Below, piece after piece: positions 28,786-38,490 of a stretch of DNA of 64,000 nucleotides. The notes below the pieces were generated by a model. That model did not search any database and was not told the origin of the DNA. It saw nothing but the letters and a program-made list of their open reading frames with translations. Location of the stretch: the NCBI GenBank assembly GCA_021325135.1, contig JAJPHT010000015.1:32001-96000 (forward strand). Direction: 5' to 3'. The stretch's first letter is position 1. Every line of letters begins with the position of its first letter. This stretch comes from Pseudomonadota bacterium. Its GTDB lineage: Archaea; Thermoplasmatota; SW-10-69-26; JACQPN01; JAJPHT01. The translations under genes were made by a program, and so were the position numbers.

Positions 28786-29211
28786 TCAGTTGCGGCAGCC
28801 GGAGGCGGGGGGCGCGGTCATGGCGGCCCCGTTCGAGCCGTCCAGGGTGAACGTCGCGAGGCCCACCGTCCCGTCGGGGCAGGCCCGGGTGTCGACGCGC
28901 GCGCTGCCGGTGGCCTGCGCCTGCCCCTGGGAGAACGAGCCGCGCACCTCGTAGACGCCGGAGTTGAGGTTCACGACGGTCTTGTCCACGCTGCTGTGGG
29001 CGGGGACCTTGAACGTCGTGCCCACGACGAAACCGCCCCCGGCGTCGCGCACGTCGATGCGCGCGTCGAGGTCGCCGGAGCCCGAGTTCTCGACGTGGAC
29101 CATGACGACGGCCTTGGGGCCCGTGGGCGAGAAGGGCGAGCCCACGGCGAACGCGCCGACGATGGCGCCGGCGACGAACGCCGCGGCGGTGAGCACGACG
29201 AGCCGGTTCAA
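28786..29211 (-). CDS. Membrane-anchored/secreted beta-sandwich protein
   Basis: N-terminal hydrophobic helix, beta-rich body. Confidence 0.65.
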   Translation of the reverse strand: MNRLVVLTAAAFVAGAIVGAFAVGSPFSPTGPKAVVMVHVENSGSGDLDARIDVRDAGGGFVVGTTFKVPAHSSVDKTVVNLNSGVYEVRGSFSQGQAQATGSARVDTRACPDGTVGLATFTLDGSNGAAMTAPPASGCRN

Positions 29212-29261
29212 GCGCGGCGGCAGAAGGACGCCAGGTCAAGGCGCTTTCGGCAGCGACCTCG

Positions 29262-30959
29262 TCACGCCGAGTCGACGCCCACGCCGCCCTCGCCGTCCGC
29301 CCACTGGCTCCCGTCGGCGCGGGCGCCCACGAGGGGCGGGGTCGTCGAGTAGACGTCGTGCCCCGCGTCGTCCAGCAGCGCGCCCAGGCCGCCCACGCCG
29401 TAGCCCTGCGCGAAGCCGTCCGCGACGTAGGTGTCCTCGCCCGCGGCGTCGTGGAGGATGCCCACGGCGGGGCCCGGGGGCGCCGCGATGGCGTAGGCCC
29501 CGCCCTGGCCCGTGGCCACGGGGAAGAGGCCCAGCTGCGGCTCGACGATGGAGGGCCCCATGGCGTAGGAGTCGTCGCCGGACTCCTCGTCCAGGAGGCA
29601 GAACGCGCCGACGCCCGCCTCGCCCTGGCCGCCCTGGCGGATGTGCGGGCCCATGAAGTACGAGTCGTTCCCGCCCTGCTCGACGAGGATCGCCGTGCCG
29701 TCGGCCTCGGCGGACACCTGCACGGGGCCGGCGAACGTGCCCTCGTCGGTGCCCAGGAGCGTGACGGGCACCTCGTTGGAGACGTAGCGGTCGGAGCCGC
29801 CGCGCTCCAGCAGGAGGCCGAACCCTTCCGCGCCGCCGTAGACGAAGCCGTCGAGCCCGTCCTGGCGGTAGAAGTCGTTGCCCCCCTCGTCCACGAGGAT
29901 GCCGACCCCGCCCACGGCGGAGGCCTTGGTGCCGATGCTGCCCTGGCTGCCGTTGAGGTCGGAGACGACGGGCCCCGTGGGGCTGACGTAGGTGTCGTTG
30001 TCCGCGCCCGCGTCGTAGAGAAGGCCGAAGCCCGCGTTGCCCGAGCCCTGCGCGAACTGCGACGCGTTGCGGTAGTCGCTGCCGCCGTCATCGTAGAGGA
30101 TGCCGGCCGCCGCGAGCCCCGCGCCCTGCGCGACCGCGGGGGCGTAATAATAGTCGGAGCCCGCGCCGAAGTCCATGGCCAAGGCGGGGATCGCGGAGCC
30201 GCCGCCCGCGTTGTCCAGGTACGTGTCGTTGCCACCGTTGTCGATCTGGATCGCGTAGGTGTCGGTGTAGGTGTCGTCGCACGCGCCGCCCACGACGATG
30301 AAGGGCAGGTCCAGCATGCGGTCGCACGAGGCGGGCGCGGCGGGCGCGGAGAAGGAGGAGGCGGCGTCGGCCAGCGAGACGGCGGCGTCCGCGAGGGCCG
30401 CGCGGTCGACGCGCGAGAGGGCCGCCATGCGCTCGTCGTGGAGCGCGCGCATCTGCGGCGTCACGGCGGCGCCGCTGTCCACCTGGCTCACCAGGAGCGA
30501 GGTCAGCGCGGGGTTCTGGAGGAGCAGCGCGCGGTCCGCGGGGGCGAGGATGCGCTGGTCCGCGAGGGCGGAGGCCGTCGTCGCGTCGACGAGGGGCAGC
30601 AGCGCGGCGCGCCACTCCGGGGAGAGGGCGGCCGTCTGCGTCGCGACGCGGGCGCGCAGCGCGGCGTCGACGGGCTGGCCGATGGCCCCGTAGAGCGAGA
30701 GGATCGCCGCGTCCAGCGAAGGCGAGCGGGGGAGCGCCGGGTGCGCGTCGGGGTAGCCCGCGCGCAGGAGCGCCGCGTGCGTCACGGCGGCGATGCCCGC
30801 CTGGCCCGTGGGGAGCGAGGCGAAGGGCGCGGCCGCCGCGGAGGCGAGGGCGCGTGCCTCGGCCACCTTGGAGGGCGCCGGCGCCAGCCGGAGCGCCCCC
30901 GCGGGGGCGGCGAGGAGCAGGAGCGTGACGAGGAGCAGGCTGCGCGCGGCAAGGGACAC
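29262..30959 (-). CDS. Secreted protein with Gly/Asp-rich D-x-GG-x-D-x-Y repeats
   Basis: Signal peptide from GTG 30959; about ten L-x-D-x-x-G-x-D-x-Y...(A)QG repeats. Confidence 0.8.
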   Translation of the reverse strand: MSLAARSLLLVTLLLLAAPAGALRLAPAPSKVAEARALASAAAAPFASLPTGQAGIAAVTHAALLRAGYPDAHPALPRSPSLDAAILSLYGAIGQPVDAALRARVATQTAALSPEWRAALLPLVDATTASALADQRILAPADRALLLQNPALTSLLVSQVDSGAAVTPQMRALHDERMAALSRVDRAALADAAVSLADAASSFSAPAAPASCDRMLDLPFIVVGGACDDTYTDTYAIQIDNGGNDTYLDNAGGGSAIPALAMDFGAGSDYYYAPAVAQGAGLAAAGILYDDGGSDYRNASQFAQGSGNAGFGLLYDAGADNDTYVSPTGPVVSDLNGSQGSIGTKASAVGGVGILVDEGGNDFYRQDGLDGFVYGGAEGFGLLLERGGSDRYVSNEVPVTLLGTDEGTFAGPVQVSAEADGTAILVEQGGNDSYFMGPHIRQGGQGEAGVGAFCLLDEESGDDSYAMGPSIVEPQLGLFPVATGQGGAYAIAAPPGPAVGILHDAAGEDTYVADGFAQGYGVGGLGALLDDAGHDVYSTTPPLVGARADGSQWADGEGGVGVDSA

Positions 30960-31035
30960 GGGGGTGTGGCCTCCCGGCGGCCCATGGCCCGGGAGACGAG
31001 AGAGCGTTGTCCCCGTCCCCGCAGGGGGCGACACC

Positions 31036-31590
31036 TCAGTAGTGATACGCTTTCCCGACGTCGTCCGCCGAGAGCCCGAGCCCGCTGGCGACGCGGTTGG
31101 CGAAGTTGAAGTACGCCACGATGAGGGTCACGTCCAGGATCGCCCGCTCGTCGAGCCCCTGCTTGCGGAGCTTGTCGACGTCCGCCTGCGCGACCTTGCC
31201 CGGATTCTTCGTGAGCAGCATCGCGTGGTCCGCGATGGCGCGCTCGCGCGGGGAGAGGGGCGCCTTGGTGTAGTCCGTCGAGACGAGCGCCTGGAGGCCG
31301 GGCTCCGTGGCGTGGCGGCCGAAGGCGTCGGCGTGGTGCGCGAGGCAGTAGCCGCAGCCGTTCGCCCGCGAGACGACGGTGGCGATGAGCTCCCGCTCGC
31401 GCCGCGAGAGGGGCCCCTCGGCGAAGTGGAGCTCCTGGTAGAGCGCGAGGTGCGCGCCCGGGACGTGCGGGTGCTGCCCGGTGACGGTGAAGATGTCGCC
31501 CACCGCGCCGCGCTCCTTCTCGATGCGCGCGTACTCCTCGTGGAGCGCGCCCTTGGCGTCCTGGGGGTCCACCTTGCGGATGAAGGCCAT
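31036..31590 (-). CDS. AhpD/CMD-family peroxidase-related protein
   Basis: LSRRERELIATVVSRANGCGYCLAHH; AYFNFANR. Confidence 0.9.
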   Translation of the reverse strand: MAFIRKVDPQDAKGALHEEYARIEKERGAVGDIFTVTGQHPHVPGAHLALYQELHFAEGPLSRRERELIATVVSRANGCGYCLAHHADAFGRHATEPGLQALVSTDYTKAPLSPRERAIADHAMLLTKNPGKVAQADVDKLRKQGLDERAILDVTLIVAYFNFANRVASGLGLSADDVGKAYHY

Positions 31591-31793
31591 GCCCGCGCAT
31601 TCCCTGGACCCGGACTTAAGCGTGGGGGTCCCTGGATGGGATCGCTTCCGGCCCTTGGAGGCCCCCGGCTGGGCGCGCGGCGAGGCGCGCCGATGCTGGA
31701 GAATAACTGTGACGCGCGACGGTAACTGTTATCTTCACCGACGGCTCTGCCCCCTGGGGGCGTCCCCGCCGTTCCCAAGCGAATGGTGAATCG

Positions 31794-32534
31794 ATGCAGT
31801 CCAGACTCGTCATCCGACTCGTGGCCGGCGCCCTCCTCCTCACGCTGGGGGGCGCGCCCGCGCAGGCGGCCCTCGCCTACACGCCCTGCCTCTCCTACCT
31901 CGACCAGAGCATCGCGCCCCGCGCGGCGTCCTCGCAGTCGTGCTCGGTGTCGCCAGGCGACCCCCTTGCCGACTCCCGCGACGGCGCCCCGCCCGGCGAG
32001 TACATCGACCTCGTGAGCAACGTCGTCTATCGCTTCGACGGCCAGCGCGCCGAGCCCGTGGGCGCGGCCATCCCCGCCATCGGGTACGTCGAGGTCAGCG
32101 CCCGCTATCACGTCTTCGCGTGCGCGACCTCCTCGCCCCTGCAGCAGTGCAGCGATCCCATGTGCGAGCAGTGGGTCGACTGCATCCACTGGCGGCTCTC
32201 CGTGGTCGGTTGCCACGAGGCGCACCTTCGCGTCTGGCTCGACGATCAGGTGGACCCCTACGACTTCCCCTCCGTCCCGGCCCCCTGCACGCAGGGCAGC
32301 TCGTTCATCCCGGGCGTGGGCATCCAGGGGGGCCGCGCCAAGGACGGGAACCTCGTGGGCGAGACGCTGACGCCGACCAACTACTACACGCACGACGACC
32401 GGACGGAGACCATCTCCTTCCTCCCCGGCTACGCCTGCCCGCCCCACGACACGCCCGGCTCCGTGCACGCGCAGATCGTGATCGATGGCGCGCCCTACGC
32501 CGACATGATCCAGACCATGCCTTGCGACGAGTGA
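31794..32534 (+). CDS. Secreted Cys-rich protein (10 Cys)
   Basis: Signal peptide ending APAQA; GGTGA upstream. Confidence 0.75.
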   Translation: MQSRLVIRLVAGALLLTLGGAPAQAALAYTPCLSYLDQSIAPRAASSQSCSVSPGDPLADSRDGAPPGEYIDLVSNVVYRFDGQRAEPVGAAIPAIGYVEVSARYHVFACATSSPLQQCSDPMCEQWVDCIHWRLSVVGCHEAHLRVWLDDQVDPYDFPSVPAPCTQGSSFIPGVGIQGGRAKDGNLVGETLTPTNYYTHDDRTETISFLPGYACPPHDTPGSVHAQIVIDGAPYADMIQTMPCDE

Positions 32535-32538
32535 TCCC

Positions 32539-33117
32539 ATGCGCTCCTGCCTCCTCCTGGCCGCCACCCTCCTGCTCGCGCCCCTCGTGCTCGCCGGCAC
32601 GCAGCAGGCGCCCGAGATCACCGACGGCACCAACGACGTCCAGCCCGACAGCGCGGCGGGCGTCTGCACCGCGCGCGGCGCGCCGGAGATCGACGTGGTG
32701 CGCGCGTGGTTCGACCCTGGCCCGGACGTCGTCTCCGTCTCGGTGGAGGTGGTGGACCTGTCCCACCGCGCGTTCGACGGCGAAGGGTTCAGCCTCGACG
32801 TGGGGTTCCACTCGGGGACGGACGCGTTCACGCTGTGGAACGCGCTGGGCCCCGGCCCCGCCGACAACTTCTCGGCGCTCTTCGTCGACCACGCGGACGG
32901 CACCAGCGAGGGGCACGCCATCCGCTGGTCCACGAGCGGCAACGTCGTCACCGCGGAGATCCCGCGCGCGTACCTCCCGGGAAGCGCGCTGACACACGTC
33001 CGCGCGTCGGGCCGGCTCTCCCAGCCTGGCGTGCTCGGGTTCTACGTCGTGGGCATGCCGTGGTTCTGCGACACGGCCCCTGACGTCGGCTACGGGCAGG
33101 ACGTCCCGCTGGGCTGA
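32539..33117 (+). CDS. Secreted beta-sandwich protein
   Basis: Signal peptide; EITDGTND..DVVRAW..DTAPD motifs. Confidence 0.75.
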   Translation: MRSCLLLAATLLLAPLVLAGTQQAPEITDGTNDVQPDSAAGVCTARGAPEIDVVRAWFDPGPDVVSVSVEVVDLSHRAFDGEGFSLDVGFHSGTDAFTLWNALGPGPADNFSALFVDHADGTSEGHAIRWSTSGNVVTAEIPRAYLPGSALTHVRASGRLSQPGVLGFYVVGMPWFCDTAPDVGYGQDVPLG

Positions 33118-33131
33118 GAAAACAGGAGGTC

Positions 33132-33174
33132 GGGGCGCGGCGTGCCTGCGAGGCCGCGCCCCTGGTTTTTTTTT
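33132..33174 (+). terminator. Hairpin plus T9 terminator between convergent genes
   Basis: GGGGCGCGGC...GCCGCGCCCC then TTTTTTTTT. Confidence 0.7.
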
Positions 33175-33176
33175 GC

Positions 33177-33566
33177 TCAGTAGCGGCCCGGCTGGGTGCC
33201 CTTGGGCTGGCCCTGCCCGGTCTGGCCGGCGCCCACGTTGCCGCTGCGCGCCTGCTGGCCGGTCTGCTGGACGATCTGGGGCAGCTCCAGGACGAGGTTC
33301 TGCACCTTCTGCACGTCCTCGCGGCCGTCGTCCGTGATGGTGTACTTGTTGCCGTTCTGCCGGAGGTGTCCGGTCTGCGTGAGGATGTTCAGGCACTCGT
33401 CCAGGTGGTTCGTGCCCATCTGGAGGTTGCCCTTGAACACGCTCTGGATGTTCTCCTTGGTGATCTCGCCCTGCTGGGCGGTCTTGTTGAGGACGACGAA
33501 CTGCATGATCGCCATCTCGAAGCTCTTCACGAAAGGCTGCTGCTGGCCGGTGTTGGTGTTGACCAT
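33177..33566 (-). CDS. Winged-helix-like protein with Gln/Gly-rich tails
   Basis: LNILTQTGHL..KYTITDDGRE wing motif; strong codon bias. Confidence 0.7.
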   Translation of the reverse strand: MVNTNTGQQQPFVKSFEMAIMQFVVLNKTAQQGEITKENIQSVFKGNLQMGTNHLDECLNILTQTGHLRQNGNKYTITDDGREDVQKVQNLVLELPQIVQQTGQQARSGNVGAGQTGQGQPKGTQPGRY

Positions 33567-33711
33567 GGGCTCGGAACCCCGGCGCAGAAGCCTGGCTGTC
33601 GGGTTTGCTTCTTCTGGAACAACGGGGGACGGCGCCCGTCCGCCTGGCGGCCAGGTTGTTTCGGCGCCCTGCTAGGCAGGGGCAAGGCCGGGGCGCGGCC
33701 TCCCCGCGGGC

Positions 33712-33885
33712 ATGCACCATCTCGTCAGCGCGAAGGCCGTCGTGGGCTCCGGCGACGCGACCGTCCTCCTGGAGGTCCAGGGCCGCTGCGTGCGCATCAA
33801 GCGCCGCGGCCAGCCCGAGGTCATGGTCCCCCTGGAGGCCGCCGCGGACGTGGGGCGCTTCCTGATGGCGGCGGCGAAGGCGTAG
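33712..33885 (+). CDS. Small hypothetical protein (57 aa, absent from ORF track)
   Basis: MHHLVSAKAVVGSGDATVLLEVQGRCVRIKRRGQPEVMVPLEAAADVGRFLMAAAKA; nearly all codons end in G/C. Confidence 0.6.
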   Translation: MHHLVSAKAVVGSGDATVLLEVQGRCVRIKRRGQPEVMVPLEAAADVGRFLMAAAKA

Positions 33886-33933
33886 GGTCGCGGCCGGAAT
33901 AGCATTAAGAGCCCGCATTTCCCATCGAGCCTC

Positions 33934-34137
33934 GTGCAATACCAGGTGGTCCTGGAGTTCGATGAGGAGTCCCGCCACTACACGGCGACCGTCCCGGGTC
34001 TGCCCATCGTCGTCGACGCGACGAGCAAGCGCGAGGCCCTCAAGCTCGCACGCGAGGCCATCGCGTACTACGTTGAGGACGTCGGCGCGCAGTCCGCGCC
34101 CTCGATCCATGCCGAGGTCGTGACCGTCAAGGTGTAG
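33934..34137 (+). CDS. hicB: HicB-family antitoxin
   Basis: YQVVLE..YTATVPGLP..EALKLAREAI. Confidence 0.85.
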   Translation: MQYQVVLEFDEESRHYTATVPGLPIVVDATSKREALKLAREAIAYYVEDVGAQSAPSIHAEVVTVKV

Positions 34138-34140
34138 GCC

Positions 34141-34359
34141 GTGCTGCCGGGCGAGATCGACGGCCGGCGCTTCCTGCGCGCCATGGCCCGCCTTGGCTGG
34201 AGGGTCGTCAAGCAGCGCGGGAGCCACCGCACCCTCCAGAAGGCCGGCTCCGGCCAAATCCTCATCGTGGCATTCCACGAGACGCTGAGCCGGAACTCGG
34301 TCCGCCGGGCCCTAAGGGAAGCGGGCGTCCCGGAAGAGGAGTTCGAAGGCCGCCTCTGA
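34141..34359 (+). CDS. hicA: HicA-family mRNA interferase toxin
   Basis: LGWRVVKQRGSH; ALREAGV. Confidence 0.85.
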   Translation: MLPGEIDGRRFLRAMARLGWRVVKQRGSHRTLQKAGSGQILIVAFHETLSRNSVRRALREAGVPEEEFEGRL

Positions 34360-34400
34360 GCCCATCAGCTTCTTGACCCCGCACCGATGATGGCCGCCTT

Positions 34401-36392
34401 GTGAAGCCCAAGGAGGAGATGAGCGCCCTCGACGTCCGCGCGTGCGTCCGCGAGCTGAAAGGCTATCGCGGCGCCCGCGTCGACAAGGCGTACGAGATCG
34501 CGCCGGGCGAGCTTCTCCTCCGCGCTCGCGGCGGCGACCCGCCGCGCAAGGTCGACCTCTCGATCCTCGTGGGGAAGGCCGTGCATCTCACGACGCTGCC
34601 CCGCGAAGCGCCCGAGAAGCCCACCGCGTTCGTCATGAACCTGCGCAAGCACCTGGCCAACGCGTTCGTGGACGACGTGCGGCAGCACGGCTTCGATCGC
34701 GTCGTGGAGCTCGTCTCGAACCGCAAGGACGGCGTCTACGTCCTCGTGGTGGAGCTGTTCCACGACGGCAACGTCGTGCTGGTGAAGGACGACCGCATCG
34801 TGACCGCGCTCGCGCACCAGTCGTGGGCGACGCGCGAGGTGCGGCCCGGCGTGGAGTGGACCCCCGCGCCCGCGCGCGCCGACCCGTCCACGCTCTCCCT
34901 GGAGGAGTTCGCCGCCAAGGTCCGCGCGAGCAACGCCGACGCGGTGCGCACGCTCGCCACCGAGGGCAACCTGGGCGGCGCGTTCGCCGAGGAGGTCTGC
35001 GCGCAGGCGGGCGTTCCCAAGAACACGCCCGTCGCCGACCTCTCCTCCGCGCAGATCGCCGCGCTGCGCGACGCGCTCAAGGCATTGCTGGACCGCGTGG
35101 ACGCCGGCCCGCTGGAGCCCGTCGTCGCGCTCCGGGGCGAGGAGAAGGTGGACGTGGCGCCCTTCCCGCTGCGCGCGCACGAGGGGCTGACGCTCCAGCG
35201 CTTCGCGACCTTCCAGGAGGCGCTGGACGCCTACTTCGGGCGCTCCGTCACGACGGAGAAGGTGGACCCGCGGCTCAAGAAGCTCGCCGACGAGAAGGCC
35301 AAGGTCCAGCGCATGCTCGACGCGCAGGAGGCCGCGCTATCAAAATTCGCCAGGGAGGAGGCCGAGGCCAAGCGCAAGGCGGACCTGCTCTACGGCCACT
35401 TCGACGTGGTGCAGCGGCTCACGAAGACGCTCTGGGACGCGGGCAAGTCCCTGGGGTGGAAGGCCGTGCAGGAGCGCCTCAAGGAGGGGAGGAAGGCGGG
35501 CAACCCCGAGGCCGCGCTGGTGGAGAGCCTCAGCCCCAACGAGGGCGCGGCGGTCCTCTCCCTGGAGGACATGGGCGGGAAGAAGGGGCGCGTGCGCGTC
35601 GACCTGCGCAAGAGCGTGCAGGAGAACGCCGACGCGCAGTACGAGATGGCCAAGAAGATGCGCGCGAAGACGCAGGGCGCGATCGAGGCGCGCGAGCGCA
35701 CGCGGGCGCGCATGAAGGAATTGGACGAGCGCGGCCTGGAGATCGTGGCGCAGCTTGCCCAGAAGGCGGAGCGCAAGGCCGCGACGAAGCGCTTCTGGTT
35801 CGAGCAGTTCCGCTGGTTCTACACGAGCGACGGCCACCTCGTGCTGGCGGGGCGCGACGTCAAGGGCAACGAGCGCATCGTCGCGAAGCAGCTGGAGGAG
35901 CAGGACCGCTACCTCCACGCGGACGTGAGCGGCGCGCCCAGCACCGTCGTCAAGGCGAAGGACGGCGCGGTGTCGGAGACGGCGCTCCAGGAGGCGGCCG
36001 CGTTCGCGGCGTCGAACTCGCGCATCTGGAACGCGGGCCACGCGGCGGGCGAGGCCTACTGGGTCACGCCCTCGCAGGTGAGCAAGACGCCCAACCCGGG
36101 CGAGTACGTGGCCAAGGGGAGCTTCATCATCCGCGGCAAGCGCAACTTCCTGCGCGTGCCCATCCGGCTCGCCATCGGAGAGGTGGAGATCGAGGGCCAC
36201 CGCAAGGTCATGGGCGGGCCCGTGGAGGCGGTGGCGGCCCGCGCGACGCGCTACGTCGTGCTGGAGCCGGGGGACTCACCCACCAACCAGGTCGCCAACG
36301 AGCTGGCGGCGGCGCTGGGCGTCAACGTGGAGGAGGTCCAGGGCGTGATGCCGCCCGCGTCCGTGAGGATCGTCGAGCGGCACGGCCTCTAG
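34401..36392 (+). CDS. rqcH: NFACT/Rqc2 (RqcH) ribosome quality-control protein
   Basis: MSALD, FVMNLRKHL, FDRVV, VELF..GN, WFEQFRWF, GRD..NE, LHAD, VSKT..GEY..GSFIIRGKRN. Confidence 0.93.
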   Translation: MKPKEEMSALDVRACVRELKGYRGARVDKAYEIAPGELLLRARGGDPPRKVDLSILVGKAVHLTTLPREAPEKPTAFVMNLRKHLANAFVDDVRQHGFDRVVELVSNRKDGVYVLVVELFHDGNVVLVKDDRIVTALAHQSWATREVRPGVEWTPAPARADPSTLSLEEFAAKVRASNADAVRTLATEGNLGGAFAEEVCAQAGVPKNTPVADLSSAQIAALRDALKALLDRVDAGPLEPVVALRGEEKVDVAPFPLRAHEGLTLQRFATFQEALDAYFGRSVTTEKVDPRLKKLADEKAKVQRMLDAQEAALSKFAREEAEAKRKADLLYGHFDVVQRLTKTLWDAGKSLGWKAVQERLKEGRKAGNPEAALVESLSPNEGAAVLSLEDMGGKKGRVRVDLRKSVQENADAQYEMAKKMRAKTQGAIEARERTRARMKELDERGLEIVAQLAQKAERKAATKRFWFEQFRWFYTSDGHLVLAGRDVKGNERIVAKQLEEQDRYLHADVSGAPSTVVKAKDGAVSETALQEAAAFAASNSRIWNAGHAAGEAYWVTPSQVSKTPNPGEYVAKGSFIIRGKRNFLRVPIRLAIGEVEIEGHRKVMGGPVEAVAARATRYVVLEPGDSPTNQVANELAAALGVNVEEVQGVMPPASVRIVERHGL

Positions 36393-36446
36393 CGGACTCA
36401 CGTCCCGTGAGCGCGCGGCCGCAAAAAGCCTGAAGTAGGGGGCGTC

Positions 36447-38243
36447 ATGCGCCGCGTGTCCCGTTCCAAGGACGAGATCGGCGAGCGGACGCGCTACCTG
36501 CGGCGTTGGACCCTGATGGGCGTCGCCATCGGCGCGGCCTCCGCCGCCGGCGCGCTCTTCCTCATCGCGGCCGTGAAGCTCGTCTCGGCGTGGACGCTGG
36601 GCGCCATGGCCGGCCTCACGCCCCCCGAGCCGGGCGGCGAGGCGGCGGCCGGCTACGTCTACCACGTCGCGCGCCCGTGGGCGATCCCGCTGGTCATGGG
36701 CGCGGGCGGGCTCGTGGGCGGCCTCCTCGTCTGGTGGCTCGCCCCCGAGACCGCAGGCGTCGGGACCAACGCGGCGATCCGGGCGTTCCACCAGCGCGAG
36801 GAGATCCCGCTCCGGACGCCGATCCTCAAGGTCGTCACGAGCGCCATCACCATCGGCACGGGGATGACCAGCGGCCGCGAAGGCCCCATCGCGCAGATCG
36901 GCGCCGGCACGGGAAGCTGGATGGGGCGCGTCTTCAGGCTCACGCCGCGCGAGCGGAACATCGCCCTGGCCGCGGGCCTGGGCGCGGGCATCTCGGCCAT
37001 GTTCAAGGCGCCCCTCGCGGGCGCCATCATCGGCGCGGAGATCTGGTATGCCGAGGACTTCGAGGTGGAGGCGCTCATCCCCGCCATCATCGCCTCCGTC
37101 GTGGGCTACGCCATCGTGGGCTACTTCGTGGGCTTCCAGCCCATCTTCGCCCTGGGGCGCGATCCCGCCGCGTTCGACCACCCCGCGACGCTCCTGCTCT
37201 ACGCCGCCCTGGGCGTCGCGTGCGCCATCGCGGCGCGCGCCCTCTTCGCGGTCTTCTTCCCCACGCAGCGCTTCTTCCGGCGGTTCCCGCTGCCCGTCGC
37301 GACCACGGTGGGCGGCCTCCTCACGGGCCTCGTCGCGCTCGCCGTCCCCTCCGTCGTGGGCACGGGCTACGGCTGGGTGCAGCTCGCGATCCTCAACGAC
37401 TACAGCGTGCTCGGCCCCCTCATGCTCCTGGCCGCCGCGGGCGCGGAGATCGTCTGCGCATCGCTGACGCTGGGCTCGGGGAACTCGGGCGGCATCTTCG
37501 GGCCCAGCGTCGTCATCGGCGGCCTCCTGGGCGCTTCGTTCGGCGCGGGCGCCGCCGCCCTCTTCCCCGGCGTCGTCTCGAACCCCGCCACGTTCGCCAT
37601 CGTGGGCATGGTGGCCTTCTTCGCCGCCACGGCGAAGGCGCCCATCAGCACCATCATCATGATCTCGGAGATGACCGGAGGCTACGGCCTGCTGGCGCCC
37701 GCGCTGGTGGCCGTCGCGGTCGCGTTCCTCCTCTCGGGGCACGGCACCATCTTCCCGGCCCAGGTGAGGACGCGTCTCCAGTCGCCCGCGCACGCCGAGG
37801 AGTTCCGGCCCCTGCGCCTGCGCGAGGTGCGCGTCGCCGACGCCATGACGCGCGAGCCATTGACGATCGACCCCGACGTGCCCGTCTCCCACGCGCTGGA
37901 TGCGCTCGTCAAGGCGCGCGTCGGAGGGCTGCCCGTCCTGGAGGAGGGCCGGCTCGTGGGCATGATCACGCGCACGGACGCCCTCAACGTGCGCGACTCG
38001 GCGCGCGCCCGGACGCCCGTGCGAGAGGCCATGACGACGGCGCTCGTCACGTGCCACCCGGACGAGGACCTCTTCACGGTGCTCGACCGGCTCATCGTCC
38101 ACGACGTGGGGCGCCTGCCCGTGGTCGAGCGCCACGCGCCCGACAAGCTCGTGGGGCTCCTGCGCCGCGCCGACGTGAGGAAGGCGGTCGCCGCGACGGA
38201 GGGGCCGGCGGCGCCCGCGGCGGAGCCGGGCCCCGCGCTCTGA
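36447..38243 (+). CDS. CLC-family chloride channel/antiporter with CBS pair
   Basis: GREGP, SGGIFGP, C-terminal CBS domains. Confidence 0.92.
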   Translation: MRRVSRSKDEIGERTRYLRRWTLMGVAIGAASAAGALFLIAAVKLVSAWTLGAMAGLTPPEPGGEAAAGYVYHVARPWAIPLVMGAGGLVGGLLVWWLAPETAGVGTNAAIRAFHQREEIPLRTPILKVVTSAITIGTGMTSGREGPIAQIGAGTGSWMGRVFRLTPRERNIALAAGLGAGISAMFKAPLAGAIIGAEIWYAEDFEVEALIPAIIASVVGYAIVGYFVGFQPIFALGRDPAAFDHPATLLLYAALGVACAIAARALFAVFFPTQRFFRRFPLPVATTVGGLLTGLVALAVPSVVGTGYGWVQLAILNDYSVLGPLMLLAAAGAEIVCASLTLGSGNSGGIFGPSVVIGGLLGASFGAGAAALFPGVVSNPATFAIVGMVAFFAATAKAPISTIIMISEMTGGYGLLAPALVAVAVAFLLSGHGTIFPAQVRTRLQSPAHAEEFRPLRLREVRVADAMTREPLTIDPDVPVSHALDALVKARVGGLPVLEEGRLVGMITRTDALNVRDSARARTPVREAMTTALVTCHPDEDLFTVLDRLIVHDVGRLPVVERHAPDKLVGLLRRADVRKAVAATEGPAAPAAEPGPAL

Positions 38244-38249
38244 GGCGGC

Positions 38250-38462
38250 TCAGGGGAAGCCGGGGCACGGGTCGGTGAAGCAGTCGGGCGAGAGCTCGCT
38301 GCTGCAGAAGCGGGCGCCCGTGAGGGTCGGCACGCAGACCAGCGACTGGCAGGTCGCAGGCGTCACCGCGTCGGAGCACGGGCCCGGGGCCTGGGCGGCG
38401 GCCGTGGCGGTGAAGGCGGCGAAGGCGAGAAGGAGTCCGGCAAGGAGCGTCGCAAGGCGCAT
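38250..38462 (-). CDS. Small secreted 6-Cys peptide (70 aa)
   Basis: Signal peptide MRLATLLAGLLLAFAAFTATAAA then about 47 aa with six Cys. Confidence 0.7.
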   Translation of the reverse strand: MRLATLLAGLLLAFAAFTATAAAQAPGPCSDAVTPATCQSLVCVPTLTGARFCSSELSPDCFTDPCPGFP

Positions 38463-38490
38463 GCGCGGGGGCGAGCCCGATGGCGTCGCT

